From the human T2T-CHM13v2.0 reference genome, Homo sapiens, in the NCBI RefSeq assembly GCF_009914755.1, contig NC_060925.1: a stretch of DNA of 64,000 bases. One strand, given 5' to 3'. Position numbers and translations under genes: made by a program. Below are positions 11,586 to 27,500 of the stretch, one piece after another. How positions within the stretch are numbered: position 1 is the stretch's first letter; the number at the start of each line of letters is the position of its first letter. The notes under the pieces are model-generated. The model worked only from the letters and a program-made list of their open reading frames with translations. It searched no databases and had not been told where the DNA came from.

Positions 11586-14500
11586 ATGGAATCGTCATCG
11601 AATGAATTGAATGCAATCATCGAATGGTCTCGAATGGAATCATCTTCAAATGGAATGGAATGGAATCATCGCATAGAATCGAATGGAATTATCATCGAAT
11701 GGAATCGAAAGGAATCAACATCAAACGGAAAAAAACGGAATTATCGAATGGAATCGAAGAGAATCGTCGAACGGACCCGAATGGAATCATCTAATGGAAT
11801 GGAATGGAATAATCCATGGACTCGAATGCAATCATCATCGAATGGAATCGAATGGAATCATCGAATGGACTCGAATGGAATAATCATTGAACGGAATCGA
11901 ATGGAATCATCATCAGATGGAAACGAATGGAATCATCATCGAATGGAAATGAAAGGAGTCATCATCTAATGGAATTGCATGGAATCATCATAAAATGGAA
12001 TCGAATGGAATCAACATCAAATGGAATCAAATGGAATCATTGAACGGAATTGAATGGAATCGTCATCGAATGAATTGACTGCAATCATCGAATGGTCTCG
12101 AATGGAATCATCTTCAAATGGAATGGAATGGAATCATCGCATAGAATCGAATGGAATTATCATCGAATGGAATCGAATGGAATCAACATCAAACGGAAAA
12201 AAACGGAATTATCGTATGGAATCGAAGAGAATCATCGAATGGACCCGAATGGAATCATCTAATGGAATGGAATGGAATAATCCATGGACTCGAATGCAAT
12301 CATCATCGCATGGAATCGAATGGAATCATCGAATGGACTCGAATGGAATAATCATTGAACGGAATCGAATGGAATCATCATCGGATGGAAATGAATGGAA
12401 TCATCATCGAATGGAATCGAATAGAATTATGGAATGAAATCCAGTGTGATCATCATCGAATGGACCCGAATGGAATCATCATCCAACGGAAGCTAATGGA
12501 ATCAACATCGAATGAATCGAATGGAAACACCATCGAATTGAAACGAATGGAATTATCATGAAATTGAAATGGATGGACTCATCATCGAATGGATTCGAAT
12601 GGAATCATCGAATAAAATTGATTGAAATCATCATCCAATGGAATCGAATGGTATCATTGAATGGAATCGAATGGAATCATCATCAGATGGAAATGAATGG
12701 AATCGTCATAGAATGGAATCGAATGGATTCATTGAATGGAATCAGATGGAATCATCGAATGGACTGGAATGGAATCATTGAATGGACTCGAAAGGGATCA
12801 TTATTGAATGGAATTGAATGGAATCATCGAATGGTCTCGATTGGAATCATTATCAAATGGAATCGAATGAAATCACCGAATAGAATGGAATGGAACAATC
12901 ATCGAATGGACTCAAATGGAATTATCCTCCAATGGAATCGAATGGAATTATCGAATGCAATCGAATGGAATTATCGAATGCAATCGAATAGAATCATCGG
13001 ATGGACTCGAATGGAATCATCGCATGGAATGGAATGGAACAGTCAATGAACTCGAATGGAATCATCATTGAATGGAATCGAATGGAATCATCGAGTGGAA
13101 TCGAATGGAATTATGATCAAATGGAATCGAATGTAATCATCATCAAATGGAATCAAAAATAACCATCATCAATTGGTATTGAATGGAATTGTCATCAAAT
13201 GGAATTCAAAGGAATCATCATCAAATGGAACCGAATGGAATCCTCATTGAATGGAAATGAAAGGGGTCATCATCTAATGGAATCGCATGGAATCATCATC
13301 AAATGGAATCGAATGGAATCATCATCAAATGGAATCTAATGGAATCATTGAACAGAATTGAATGGAATCGTCATCGAATGAATTGAATGCAATCATCGAA
13401 TGGTCTCGAATGGAATCATCTTCTAATGGAAAGGAATGGAATCATCGCATAGAATCGAATGGAATTATCATCGAATGGAATCGAATGGTATCAACACCAA
13501 ACGGAAAAAAACGGAATTATCGAATGGAATCGAAGAGAATCTTCGAACGGACCCGAATGGAATCATCTAATGGAATGGAACGGAATAATCCATGGACTCG
13601 AATGCAATCATCATCGAATGGAATCGAATGGAATCATCGAATGGACTCGAATGGAATAATCATTGAACGGAATCGAATGGAATCATCATCGGATGGAAAC
13701 GAATGGAATCATCATCGAATGGAAATGAAAGGAGTCATCATCTAATGGAATTGCATGGAATCATCATAAAATGGAATCGAATGGAATCAACATCAAATGG
13801 AATCAAATGGAATAATTGAACGGAATTGAATGGAATCGTCATCGAATGAATTGAGTGCAATCATCGAATGATCTAGAATGGAATCATCTTCAAATGGAAT
13901 GGAATGGAATCATCGCATAGAATCGAATGGAAGTATCATCGAATGGAATCGAATGGAATCAACATCAAACGGAAAAAAACGGAATTATCGAATGGAATCG
14001 AAGAGAATCATCGAATGGACCCGAATGGAATCATCTAATGGAATGGAATGGAATAATCCATGGACTCGAATGCAATCATCATCGAATGGAATCGAATGGA
14101 ATCATCGAATGGACTCGAATGGAATAATCATTGAACGGAATCGAATGGAATCATCATCGGATGGAAATGAATGGAATCATCATCGAATGGAATCGAATAG
14201 AATTATGGAATGAAATCCAGTGTGATCATCATCGAATGGACCCGAATGGAATCATCATCCAACGGAAGCTAATGGAATCAACATCGAATGAATCGAATGG
14301 AAACACCATCGAATTGAAACGAATGGAATTATCATGAAATTGAAATGGATGGACTCATCATCGAATGGATTCGAATGGAATCATCGAATAAAATTGATTG
14401 AAATCATCATCCAATGGAATCGAATGGTATCATTGAATGGAATCGAATGGAATCATCATCAGATGGAAATGAATGGAATCGTCATAGAATGGAATCGAAT

Positions 14501-17500
14501 GGATTCATTGAATGGAATCAGATGGAATCATCGAATGGACTGGAATGGAATCATTGAATGGACTCGAAAGGGATCATGATTGAATGGAATTGAATGGAAT
14601 CATCGAATGGTCTCGATTGGAATCATTATCAAATGGAATCGAATGGAATCACCGAATAGAATCGAATGCAACAATCATCGAATGGACTCAAATGGAATTA
14701 TCCTCAAATGGAATCGAATGGAATTATCGAATGCAATCGAATGGAATTATCGAATGCAATCGAATAGAATCATCGAATGGACTCGAATGGAATCATCGAA
14801 TGGAATGGAATGGAACAGTCAATGAACTCGAATGGAATCATCATTGAATGGATTCGAATGGAATCATCGAGTGGAATCGAATGGAATTATGATCAAATGG
14901 AATCGAATGTAATCATCATCAAATGGAATCAAAAATAACCATCATCAATTGGTATTGAATGGAATTGTCATCAAATGGAATTCAAAGGAATCATCATCAA
15001 ATGGAACCGAATGGAATCCTCATTGAATGGAAATGAAAGGGGTCATCATCTAATGGAATCGCATGGAATCATCATCAAATGGAATCGAATGGAATCATCA
15101 TCAAATGGAATCTAATGGAATCATTGAACAGAATTGAATGGAATCGTCATCGAATGAATTGAATGCAATCATCGAATGGTCTCGAAAGAATCATCTTCTA
15201 ATGGAAAGGAATGGAATCATCGCATAGAATCGAATGGAATTATCATCGAATGGAATCGAATGGTATCAACACCAAACGGAAAAAAACGGAATTATCGAAT
15301 GGAATCGAAGAGAATCTTCGAACGGACCCGAATGGAATCATCTAATGGAATGGAATGGAATAATCCATGGACTCGAATGCAATCATCATCGAATGGAATC
15401 GAATGGAATCATCGAATGGACTCGAATGGAATAATCATTGAACGGAATCGATTGGAATCATCATCGGATGGAAACGAATGGAATCATCATCGAATGGAAA
15501 TGAAAGGAGTCATCATCTAATGGAATTGCATGGAATCATCATAAAATGGAATCGAATGGAATCAACATCAAATGGAATCAAATGGAATCATTGAACGGAA
15601 TTGAATGGAATCGTCATCGAATGAATTGACTGCAATCATCCAATGGTGTCGAATGGAATCATCTTCAAATGGAATGGAATGGAATCATCGCATAGAATCG
15701 AATGGAATTATCATCGAATGGAATCGAATGGTATCAACACCAAACGGAAAAAAACGGAATTATCAAATGGAATCGAAGAGAATCTTCGAACGGACCCGAA
15801 TGGAATCATCTAATGGAATGGAATGGAATAATCCATGGACTCGAATGCAATCATCATCGAATGGAATCGAATGGAATCATCGAATGGACTCGAATGGAAT
15901 AATCATTGAACGGAATCGAATGGAATCATCATCGGATGGAAACGAATGGAATCATCATCGAATGGAAATGAAAGGAGTCATCATCTAATGGAATTGCATG
16001 GAATCATCATAAAATGGAATCGAATGGAATCAACATCAAATGGAATCAAATGGAATCATTGAACGCAATTGAATGGAATCGTCATCGAATGAATTGACTG
16101 CAATCACCCAATGGTCTCGAATGGAATCATCTTCAAATGGAATGGAATGGAATCATCGCATAGAATCGAATGGAATTATCATCGAATGGAATCGAATGGA
16201 ATCAACATCAAACGGAAAAAAACGGAATTATCGAATGGAATCGAAGAGAATCATCGAATGGACCCGAATGGAATCATCTAATGGAATGGAATGGAATAAT
16301 CCATGGACTCGAATGCAATCATCATCGAATGGAATCGAATGGAATCATCGAATGGACTCGAATGGAATAATCATTGAACGGAATCGAATGGAATCATCAT
16401 CGGATGGAAATGAATGGAATCATCATCGAATGGAATCGAATAGAATTATGGAATGAAATCCAGTGTGATCATCATCGAATGGACCCGAATGGAATCATCA
16501 TCCAACGGAAGCTAATGGAATCAACATCGAATGAATCGAATGGAAACACCATCGAATTGAAGCGAATGGAATTATCATGAAATTGAAATGGATGGACTCA
16601 TCATCGAATGGATTCGAATGGAATCATCGAATAAAATTGATTGAAATCATCATCGAATGGAATCGAATGGTATCATTGAATGGAATCGAATGGAATCATC
16701 ATCAGATGGAAATGAATGGAATCGTCATAGAATGGAATCGAATGGATTCATTGAATGGAATCAGATGGAATCATCGAATGGACTGGAATGGAATCATTGA
16801 ATGGACTCGAAAGGGATCATGATTGAATGGAATTGAATGGAATCATCGAATGGTCTCGATTGGAATCATTATCAAATGGAATCGAATGGAATCACCGAAT
16901 AGAATCGAATGGAACAATCATCGAATGGACTCAAATGGAATTATCCTCAAATGGAATCGAATGGAATTATCGAATGCAATCGAATGGAATTATCGAATGC
17001 AATCGAATAGAATCATCGAATGGACTCGAATGGAATCATCGAATGGAATGGAATGGAACAGTCAATGAACTCGAATGGAATCATCATTGAATGGAATCGA
17101 ATGGAATCATCGAGTGGAATCGAATGGAATTATGATCAAATGGAATCGAATGTAATCATCATCAAATGGAATCAAAAATAACCATCATCAATTGGTATTG
17201 AATGGAATTGTCATCAAATGGAATTCAAAGGAATCATCATCAAATGGAACCGAATGGAATCCTCATTGAATGGAAATGAAAGGGGTCATCATCTAATGGA
17301 ATCGCATGGAATCATCATAAAATGGAATCGAATGGAATCAACATCAAATGGAATCAAATGGAATCATTGAACGGAATTGAATGGAATCGTCATCGAATGA
17401 ATTGGATGCAATCATCGAATGGTCTCGAATGGAATCTTCTTCAAATGGAATGGAATGGAATCATCGCATAGAATCGAATGGAATTATCATCGAATGGAAT

Positions 17501-20500
17501 CGAATGGAATCAACATCAAACGGAAAAAAACGGAATTATCGAATGGAACCGAAGAGAATCATCGAATGGACCCGAATGGAATCATCTAATAGAATGGAAT
17601 GGAATAATCCATGGACTCGAATGCAATCATCATCGAATGGAATCGAATGGAATCATCGAATGGACTCGAATGGAATAATCATTGAACGGAATCGATTGGA
17701 ATCATCATCGGATGGAAACGAATGGAATCATCATCGAATGGAAATGAAAGGAGTCATCATCTAATGGAATTGCATGGAATCATCATAAAATGGAATCGAA
17801 TGGAATCAACATCAAATGGAATCAAATGGAATCATTGAACGGAATTGAATGGAATCGTCATCGAATGAATTGACTGCAATCATCCAATGGTCTCGAATGG
17901 AATCATCTTCAAATGGAATGGAATGGAATCATCGCATAGAAGCGAATGGAATTATCATCGAATGGAATCGAATGGAATCAACATCCAACGGAAAAAAACG
18001 GAATTATCGAATGGAATCGAAGAGAATCATCGAATGGACCCGAATGGAATCATCTAATGGAATGGAATGGAATAATCCATGGACTCGAATGCAATCATCA
18101 TCGAATGGAATCGAATGGAATCATCGAATGGACTCGAATGGAATAATCATTGAACGGAATCGAATGGAATCATCATCGGATGGAAATGAATGGAATCATC
18201 ATCGAATGGAATCGAATAGAATTATGGAATGAAATCCAGTGTGATCATCATCGAATGGACCCGAATGGAATCATCATCCAACGGAAGCTAATGGAATCAA
18301 CATCGAATGAATCAAATGGAAACACCATCGAATTCAAACGAATGGAATTATCATGAAATTGAAATGGATGGACTCATCATCGAATGGATTCGAAAGGAAT
18401 CATCGAATAAAATTGATTGAAATCATCATCGAATGGAATCGAATGGTATCATTGAATGGAATCGAATGGAATCATCATCAGATGGAAATGAATGGAATCG
18501 TCATAGAATGGAATCGAATGGATTCATTGAATGGAATCAGATGGAATCATCGAATGGACTGGAATGGAATCATTGAATGGACTCGAAAGGGATCATGATT
18601 GAATGGAATTGAATGGAATCATCGAATGGTCTCGATTGGAATCATTATAAAATGGAATCGAATGGAATCACCGAATAGAATCGAATGGAACAATCATCGA
18701 ATGGACTCAAATGGAATTATCCTCCAATGGAATCGAATGGAATTATCGAATGCAATCGAATGGAATTATCGAATGCAATCGAATAGAATCATCGAATGGA
18801 CTCGAATGGAATCATCGAATGGAATGGAATGGAACAGTCAATGAACTCGAATGGAATCATCATTGAATGGAATCGAATGGAATCATCGAGTGGAATCGAA
18901 TGGAATTATGATCAAATGGAATCGAATGTAATCATCATCAAATGGAATCAAAAATAACCATCATCAATTGGTATTGAATGGAATTGTCATCAAATGGAAT
19001 TCAAAGGAATCAATATCAAATGGAACCGAATGGAATCCTCATTGAATGGAAATGAAAGGGGTCATCATCTAATGGAATCGCATGGAATCATCATCAAATG
19101 GAATCGAATGGAATCATCATCAAATGGAATCTAATGGAATCATTGAACAGAATTGAATGGAATCGTCATCGAATGAATTGAATGCAATCATCGAATGGTC
19201 TCGAATGGAATCATCTTCTAATGGAAAGGAATGGAATCATCGCATAGAATCGAATGGAATTATCATCGAATGGAATCGAATGGTATCAACACCAAACGGA
19301 AAAAAACGGAATTATCGAATGGAATCGAAGAGAATCTTCGAACGGACCCGAATGGAATCATCTAATGGAATGGAATGGAATAATCCATGGACTCGAATGC
19401 AATCATCATCGAATGGAATCGAATGGAATCATCGAATGGACTCGAATGGAATAATCATTGAAAGGAATCGAATGGAATCATCATCGGATGGAAACGAATG
19501 GAATCATCATCGAATGGAAATGAAAGGAGTCATCATCTAATGCAATTGCATGGAATCATCATCAAATGGAATCGAATGGAATCAACATCAAATGGAATCT
19601 AATGGAATCATTGAACAGAATTGAATGGAATCGTCATCGAATGAATTGACTGCAATCATCGAATGGTCTCGAATGGAATCATCTTCAAATGGAATGGAAT
19701 GGAATCATCGCATAGAATCGAATGGAATTATCATCGAATGGAATCGAATGGAATCAACATCAAACGGAAAAAAACGGAATTATCGAATGGAATCGAAGAG
19801 AATCATCGAATGGACCCGAATGGAATCATCTAATGGAATGGAATGGAGTAATCCATGGACTCGAATGCAATCATCATCGAATGGAATCGAATGGAATCAT
19901 CGAATGGACTCGAATGGAATAATCATTGAAGGGAATCGAATGGAATCATCATCGGATGGAAATGAATGGAATCATCATCGAATGGAATCGAATAGAATTA
20001 TGGAATGAAATCCAGTGTGATCATCTTCGAATGGACCCGAATGGAATCATCATCCAACGGAAGCTAATGGAATCAACATCGAATGAATCGAATGGAAACA
20101 CCATCGAATTGAAACGAATGGAATTATCATGAAATTGAAATGGATGGACTCATCATCGGATGGATTCGAATGGAATCATCGAATAAAATTGATTGAAATC
20201 ATCATCGAATGGAATCGAATGGTATCATTGAATGGAATCGAATGGAATCATCATCAGATGGAAATGAATGGAATCGTCATAGAATGGAATCGAATGGATT
20301 CATTGAATGGAATCAGATGGAATCATCGAATGGACTGGAATGGAATCATTGAATGGACTCGAAAGGGATCATGATTGAATGGAATTGAATGGTATCATCG
20401 AATGGTCTCGATTGGAATCATTATCAAATGGAATCGAATGGAATCACCGAATAGAATCGAATGGAACAATCATCGAATGGACTCAAATGGAATTATCCTC

Positions 20501-21559
20501 AAATGGAATCGAATGGAATTATCGAATGCAATCGAATGGAATTATCGAATGCAATCGAATAGAATCATCGAATGGACTCGAATGGAATCATCGAATGGAA
20601 TGGAATGGAACAGTCAATGAACTCGAATGGAATCATCATTGAATGGAATCGAATGGAATCATCGAGTGGAATCGAATGGAATTATGATCAAATGGAATCG
20701 AATGTAATCCTCATCAAATGGAATCAAAAATAACCATCATCAATTGGTATTGAATGGAATTGTCATCAAATGGAATTCAAAGGAATCATCATCAAATGGA
20801 ACCGAATGGAATCCTCATTGAATGGAAATGAAAGGGGTCATCATCTAATGGAATCGCATGGAATCATCATCAAATGGAATCGAATGGAATCATCATCAAA
20901 TGGAATCTAATGGAATCATTGAACAGAATTGAATGGAATCGTCATCGAATGAATTGAATGCAATCATCGAATGGTCTCGAATGGAATCATCTTCTAATGG
21001 AAAGGAATGGAATCATCGCATAGAATCGAATGGAATTATCATCGAATGGAATCGAATGGTATCAACACCAAACGGAAAAAAACGGAATTATCGAATGGAA
21101 TCGAAGAGAATCTTCGAACGGACCCGAATGGAATCATCTAATGGAATGGAATGGAATAATCCATGGACCCGAATGCAATCATCATCGAATGGAATCGAAT
21201 GGAATCATCGAATGGACTCGAATGGAATAATCATTGAACGGAATCGAATGGAATCATCATCGGATGGAAACGAATGGAATCATCATCGAATGGAAATGAA
21301 AGGAGTCATCATCTAATGGAATTGCATGGAATCATCATAAAATGGAATCGAATGGAATCAACATCAAATGGAATCAAATGGAATCATTGAACGGAATTGA
21401 ATGGAATCGTCATCGAATGAATTGACTACAATCACCGAATGGTCTCGAATGGAATCATCTTCAAATGGAATGGAATGGAATCATCGCATAGAATCGAATG
21501 GAATTATCATCGAATGGAATCGAATGGAATCAACATCAAACGGAAAAAAACAGAATTAT

Positions 21560-24500
21560 CGTATGGAATCGAAGAGAATCATCGAATGGACCCGAATGGA
21601 ATCATCTAATGGAATGGAATGGAATAATCCATGGACTCGAATGCAATCATCATCGAATGGAATCGAATGGAATCATCGAATGGACTCGAATGGAATAATC
21701 ATTGAACGGAATCGAATGGAATCATCATCGGATGGAAATGAATGGAATCATCATCGAATGGAATCGAATAGAATTATGGAATGAAATCCAGTGTGATCAT
21801 CATCGAATGGACCCGAATGGAATCATCATCCAACGGAAGCTAATGGAATCAACATCGAATGAATCGAATGGAAACACCATCGAATTGAACCGAATGGAAT
21901 TATCATGAAATTGAAATGGATGGACTCATCATCGAATGGATTCGAATGGAATCATCGAATAAAATTGATTGAAATCATCATCGAATGGAATCGAATGGTA
22001 TCATTGAATGGAATCGAATGGAATCATCATCAGATGGAAATGAATGGAATCGTCATAGAATGGAATCGAATGGATTCATTGAATGGAATCAGATGGAATC
22101 ATCGAATGGACTGGAATGGAATCATTGAATGGACTCGAAAGGGATCATGATTGAATGGAATTGAATGGAATCATCGAATGGTCTCGATTGGAATCATTAT
22201 CAAATGGAATCGAATGGAATCACCGAATAGAATCGAATGGAACAATCATCGAATGGACTCAAATGGAATTATCCTCAAATGGAATGGAATGGAATTATCG
22301 AATGCAATCGAATGGAATTATCGAATGCAATCGAATAGAATCATCGAATGGACTCGAATGGAATCATCGAATGGAATGGAATGGAACAGTCAATGAACTC
22401 GAATGGAATCATCATTGAATGGAATCGAATGGAATCATCGAGTGGAATCGAATGGAATTATGATCAAATGGAATCGAATGTAATCATCATCAAATGGAAT
22501 CAAAAATAACCATCATCAATTGCTATTGAATGGAATTGTCATCAAATGGAATTCAAAGGAATCATCATCAAATGGAACCGAATGGAATCCTCATTGAATG
22601 GAAATGAAAGGGGTCATCATCTAATGGAATCGCATGGAATCATCATCAAATGGAATCGAATGGAATCATCATCAAATGGAATCTAATGGAATCATTGAAC
22701 AGAATTGAATGGAATGGTCATCGAATGAATTGAATGCAATCATCGAATGGTCTCGAATGGAATCATCTTCTAATGGAAAGGAATGGAATCATCGCATAGA
22801 ATCGATTGGAATTATCATCGAATGGAATCGAATGGTATCAACACCAAACGGAAAAAAACGGAATTATCGAATGGAATCGAAGAGAATCTTCGAACGGACC
22901 CGAATGGAATCATCTAATGGAATGGAATGGAATAATCCATGGACTCGAATGCAATCATCATCGAATGGAATCGAATGGAATCATCGAATGGACTCGAATG
23001 GAATAATCATTGAACGGAATCGAATGGAATCATCATCGGATGGAAACGAATGGAATCATCATCGAATGGAAATGAAAGGAGTCATCATCTAATGGAATTG
23101 CATGGAATCATCATAAAATGGAATCGAATGGAATCAACATCAAATGGAATCAAATGGAATCATTGAACGGAATTGAATGGAATCGTCATCGAATGAATTG
23201 ACTGCAATCATCGAATGGTCTCGGAATCATCTTCAAATGGAATGGAATGGAATCATCGCATAGAATCGAATGGAATTATCATCGAATGGAATCGAATGGA
23301 ATCAACATCAAACGGAAAAAAACGGAATTATCGAATGGAATCGAAGAGAATCATCGAATGGACCCGAATGGAATCATCTAATGGAATGGAATGGAATAAT
23401 CCATGGACTCGAATGCAATCATCATCGAATGGAATCGAATGGAATCATCGAATGGACTCGAATGGAATAATCATTGAACGGAATCGAATGGAATCATCAT
23501 CGGATGGAAATGAATGGAATCATCATCGAATGGAATCGAATAGAATTATGAAATGAAATCCAGTGTGATCATCATCGAATGGACCCGAATGGAATCATCA
23601 TCCAACGGAAGCTAATGGAATCAACATCGAATGAATCGAATGGAAACACCATCGAATTGAAACGAATGGAATTATCATGAAATTGAAATGGATGGACTCA
23701 TCATCGAATGGATTCGAATGGAATCATCGAATAAAATTGATTGAAATCATCATCGAATGGAATCGAATGGTATCATTGAATGGAATCGAATGGAATCATC
23801 ATCAGATGGAAATGAATGGAATCGTCATAGAATGGAATCGAATGGATTCATTGAATGGAATCAGATGGAATCATCGAATGGACTGGAATGGAATCATTGA
23901 ATGGACTCGAAAGGGATCATGATTGAATGGAATTGAATGGAATCATCGAATGGTCTCGATTGGAATCATTATCAAATGGAATCGAATGGAATCACCGAAT
24001 AGAATCGAATGGAACAATCATCGAATGGACTCAAATGGAATTATCCTCAAATGGAATCGAATGGAATTATCGAATGCAATCGAATGGAATTATCGAATGC
24101 AATCGAATAGAATCATCGAATGGACTCGAATGGAATCATCGAATGGAATGGAATGGAACAGTCAATGAACACGAATGGAATCATCATTGAATGGAATCGA
24201 ATGGAATCATCGAGTGGAATCGAATGGAATTATGATCAAATGGAATCGAATGTAATCATCATCAAATGGAATCAAAAATAACCATCATCAATTGGTATTG
24301 AATGGAATTGTCATCAAATGGAATTCAAAGGAATCATCATCAAATGGAACCGAATGGAATCCTCATTGAATGGAAATGAAAGGGGTCATCATCTAATGGA
24401 ATCGCATGGAATCATCACCAAATGGAATCGAATGGAATCATCATCAAATGGAATCTAATGGAATCATTGAACAGAATTGAATGGAATCGTCATCAAATGA

Positions 24501-27500
24501 ATTGAATGCAATCATCGAATGGTCTCGAATGGAATCATCTTCTAATGGAAAGGAATGGAATCATCGCATAGAATCGAATGGAATTATCATCGAATGGAAT
24601 CGAATGGTATCAACACCAAACGGAAAAAAACGGAATTATCGAATGGAATCGAAGAGAATCTTCGAACGGACCCGAATGGAATCATCTAATGGAATGGAAT
24701 GGAATAATCCATGGACTCGAATGCAATCATCATCGAATGGAATCGAATGGAATCATCGAATGGACTCGAATGGAATAATCATTGAACGGAATCGAATGGA
24801 ATCATCATCGGATGGAAACGAATGGAATCATCATCGAATGGAAATGAAAGGAGTCATCATCTAATGCAATTGCATGGAATCATCATCAAATGGAATCGAA
24901 TGGAATCAACATCAAATGGAATCAAATGGAATCATTGAACGGAATTGAATGGAATCGTCATCGAATGAATTGACTGCAATCATCGAATGGTCTCGAATGG
25001 AATCATCTTCAAATGGAATGGAATGGAATCATCGCATAGAATCGAATGGAATTATCATCGAATGGAATCGAATGGAATCAACATCAAACGGAAAAAAACG
25101 GAATTATCGTATGGAATCGAAGAGAATCATCGAATGGACCCGAATGGAATCATCTAATGGAATGGAATGGAATAATCCATGGACTCGAATGCAATCATCA
25201 TCGAATGGAATCGAATGGAATCATCGAATGGACTCGAATGGAATAATCATTGAACGGAATCGAATGGAATCATCATCGGATGGAAATGAATGGAATCATC
25301 ATCGAATGGAATCGAATAGAATTATGGAACGAAATCCAGTGTGATCATCATCGAATGGACCCGAATGGAATCATCATCCAACGGAAGCTAATGGAATCAA
25401 CATCGAATGAATCGAATGGAGACACCATCGAATTGAACCGAATGGAATTATCATGAAATTGAAATGGATGGACTCATCATCGAATGGATTCGAATGGAAT
25501 CATCGAATAAAATTGATTGAAATCATCATCGAATGGAATCGAATGGTATCATTGAATGGAATCGAATGGAATCATCATCAGATGGAAATGAATGGAATCG
25601 TCATAGAATGGAATCGAATGGATTCATTGAATGGAATCAGATGGAATCATCGAATGGACTGGAATGGAATCATTGAATGGACTCGAAAGGGATCATTATT
25701 GAATGGAATTGAATGGAATCATTGAATGGTCTCGATTGGAATCATTATCAAATGGAATCGAATGGAATCACCGAATAGAATCGAATGGAACAATCATCGA
25801 ATGGACTCAAATGGAATTATCCTCAAATGGAATGGAATGGAATTATCGAATGCAATCGAATGGAATTATCGAATGCAATCGAATAGAATCATCGAATGGA
25901 CTCGAATGGAATCATCGAATGGAATGGAATGGAACAGTCAATGAACTCGAATGGAATCATCATTGAATGGAATCGAATGGAATCATCGAGTGGAATCGAA
26001 TGGAATTATGATCAAATGGAATCGAATGTAATCATCATCAAATGGAATCAAAAATAACCATCATCAATTGGTATTGAATGGAATTGTCATCAAATGGAAT
26101 TCAAAGGAATCATCATCAAATGGAACCGAATGGAATCCTCATTGAATGGAAATGAAAGGGGTCATCATCTAATGGAATCGCATGGAATCATCATCAAATG
26201 GAATCGAATGGAATCATCATCAAATGGAATCTAATGGAATCATTGAACAGAATTGAATGGAATGGTCATCGAATGAATTGAATGCAATCATCGAATGGTC
26301 TCGAATGGAATCATCTTCTAATGGAAAGGAATGGAATCATCGCATAGAATCGATTGGAATTATCATCGAATGGAATCGAATGGTATCAACACCAAACGGA
26401 AAAAAACGGAATTATCGAATGGAATCGAAGAGAATCTTCGAACGGACCCGAATGGAATCATCTAATGGAATGGAATGGAATAATCCATGGACTCGAATGC
26501 AATCATCATCGAATGGAATCGAATGGAATCATCGAATGGACTCGAATGGAATAATCATTGAACGGAATCGAATGGAATCATCATCGGATGGAAACGAATG
26601 GAATCATCATCGAATGGAAATGAAAGGAGTCATCATCTAATGGAATTGCATGGAATCATCATAAAATGGAATCGAATGGAATCAACATCAAATGGAATCA
26701 AATGGAATCATTGAACGGAATTGAATGGAATCGTCATCGAATGAATTGACTGCAATCATCGAATGGTCTCGGAATCATCTTCAAATGGAATGGAATGGAA
26801 TCATCGCATAGAATCGAATGGAATTATCATCGAATGGAATCGAATGGAATCAACATCCAACGGAAAAAAACGGAATTATCGAATGGAATCGAAGAGAATC
26901 ATCGAATGGACCCGAATGGAATCATCTAATGGAATGGAATGGAATAATCCATGGACTCGAATGCAATCATCATCGAATGGAATCGAATGGAATCATCGAA
27001 TGGACTCGAATGGAATAATCATTGAACGGAATCGAATGGAATCATCATCTGATGGAAATGAATGGAATCATCATCGAATGGAATCGAATAGAATTATGGA
27101 ATGAAATCCAGTGTGATCATCTTCGAATGGACCCGAATGGAATCATCATCCAACGGAAGCTAATGGAATCAACATCGAATGAATCGAATGGAAACACCAT
27201 CGAATTGAAACGAATGGAATTATCATGAAATTGAAATGGATGGACTCATCATCGAATGGATTCGAATGGAATCATCGAATAAAATTGATTGAAATCATCA
27301 TCGAATGGAATCGAATGGTATCATTGAATGGAATCGAATGGAATCATCATCAGATGGAAATGAATGGAATCGTCATAGAATGGAATCGAATGGATTCATT
27401 GAATGGAATCAGATGGAATCATCGAATGGACTGGAATGGAATCATTGAATGGACTCGAAAGGGATCATTATTGAATGGAATTGAATGGAATCATCGAATG

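Noticed and set aside
13810-13935. Small cluster of private substitutions (GAGTGC, GATCTAGA, AAGTATC)
   Set aside because: Seen once, with no donor sequence identifiable in the window; it cannot be distinguished from chance or local consensus error.
18330-18335. Extra EcoRI site (also at 1240)
   Set aside because: A single G-to-C substitution; useful only as a marker.
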